From Squalus acanthias (lineage: Eukaryota): 64,000 nucleotides of DNA. Each line of letters opens with the position of its first letter. Positions within the stretch are counted from its first letter, which is position 1. Shown here piece by piece: positions 63,601-64,000 of the stretch. The translations under genes were made by a program, and so were the position numbers. The notes beneath the pieces were generated by a model, which had not been told where the DNA came from, did no database searches, and was given only the letters and a program-made list of their open reading frames with translations. The DNA is taken from contig CM059425.1 in NCBI GenBank assembly GCA_030390025.1, positions 28,024,001 through 28,088,000 of the forward strand. The letters run 5' to 3'.

Positions 63601-64000
63601 AAGCCCGCTATCCTGGCAAAGCCATGTGCAAACTCAGCCTGCTTCTCTCTGGTCAGAGAGAAAACAATGAAGTCCCCTCTTCTGGCATAAAAAGCTTTTG
63701 TCACCTCTCTTATTCAGCAGTAGGTGGCGAACTGGGAGATGTTACAGATGTCGCCTGCTCCAGCCTGGAAGGATCCCAATGCAAAGAAAGTCAGGGCCAC
63801 GGTCACCTTCACAGGCACTGGCAGCGCTGTCCTTGCCCTGCAGTGAGGCTGCAGGTCTGATTGCAAGAGGTGGCAGAGCTCTGTGAGCACCTCCTTCATA
63901 AAGCGTAGACACCTCACACAATGCTCCTGGCTCAGGCTGAGTTAAGAGATTTTGCTCTCGGAAGACCCTAGGTGGTTAAGGCCTCCTGCTGAGAGCCCTT
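60681..64000. mobile_element. Harbinger transposon C (continues beyond the window)
   Basis: TIR GGCCTAGAAATTC directly after the CR1 fragment. Myb gene on + at about 60966-62829 (introns from 61207 and about 61626; WEQIA...NWTQCRKKFNDL). Decayed transposase on the minus strand from 62992 to the window end (AIDCTH, RNLIEQTIG). Confidence 0.9.

Overview
Vertebrate genomic DNA, most likely from a cartilaginous fish (inferred from the repeat families; the species cannot be determined). The only host gene I can support is the 3' end of PRIMA1 on the + strand: a transmembrane exon at 2689-2818, a 28.4 kb intron, and a last coding exon at 31240-31339. The rest is a nested set of mobile elements. (1) Many CR1 LINEs, one near full length, plus an L2. 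(2) Penelope-like elements, and tiny Penelope-terminus insertions that carry minimal hammerhead-ribozyme motifs and/or 12-14 bp target duplications. (3) An LTR element with retrovirus-type pol (tether plus second RNase H), an in-frame gag-pol UGA and an env-like membrane anchor, which looks lokiretrovirus-like. (4) Three two-gene PIF/Harbinger transposons (spliced Myb/SANT gene plus convergent DDE transposase) and about ten related MITEs. Other points of note are an in-frame CR1 RT/Harbinger nuclease chimeric ORF, two long fold-back structures downstream of the PRIMA1 stop, and a TGACAG motif cluster next to a CTCF-like site. All calls come from reading the sequence by eye; boundaries without a stated TIR, TSD or splice site are approximate.
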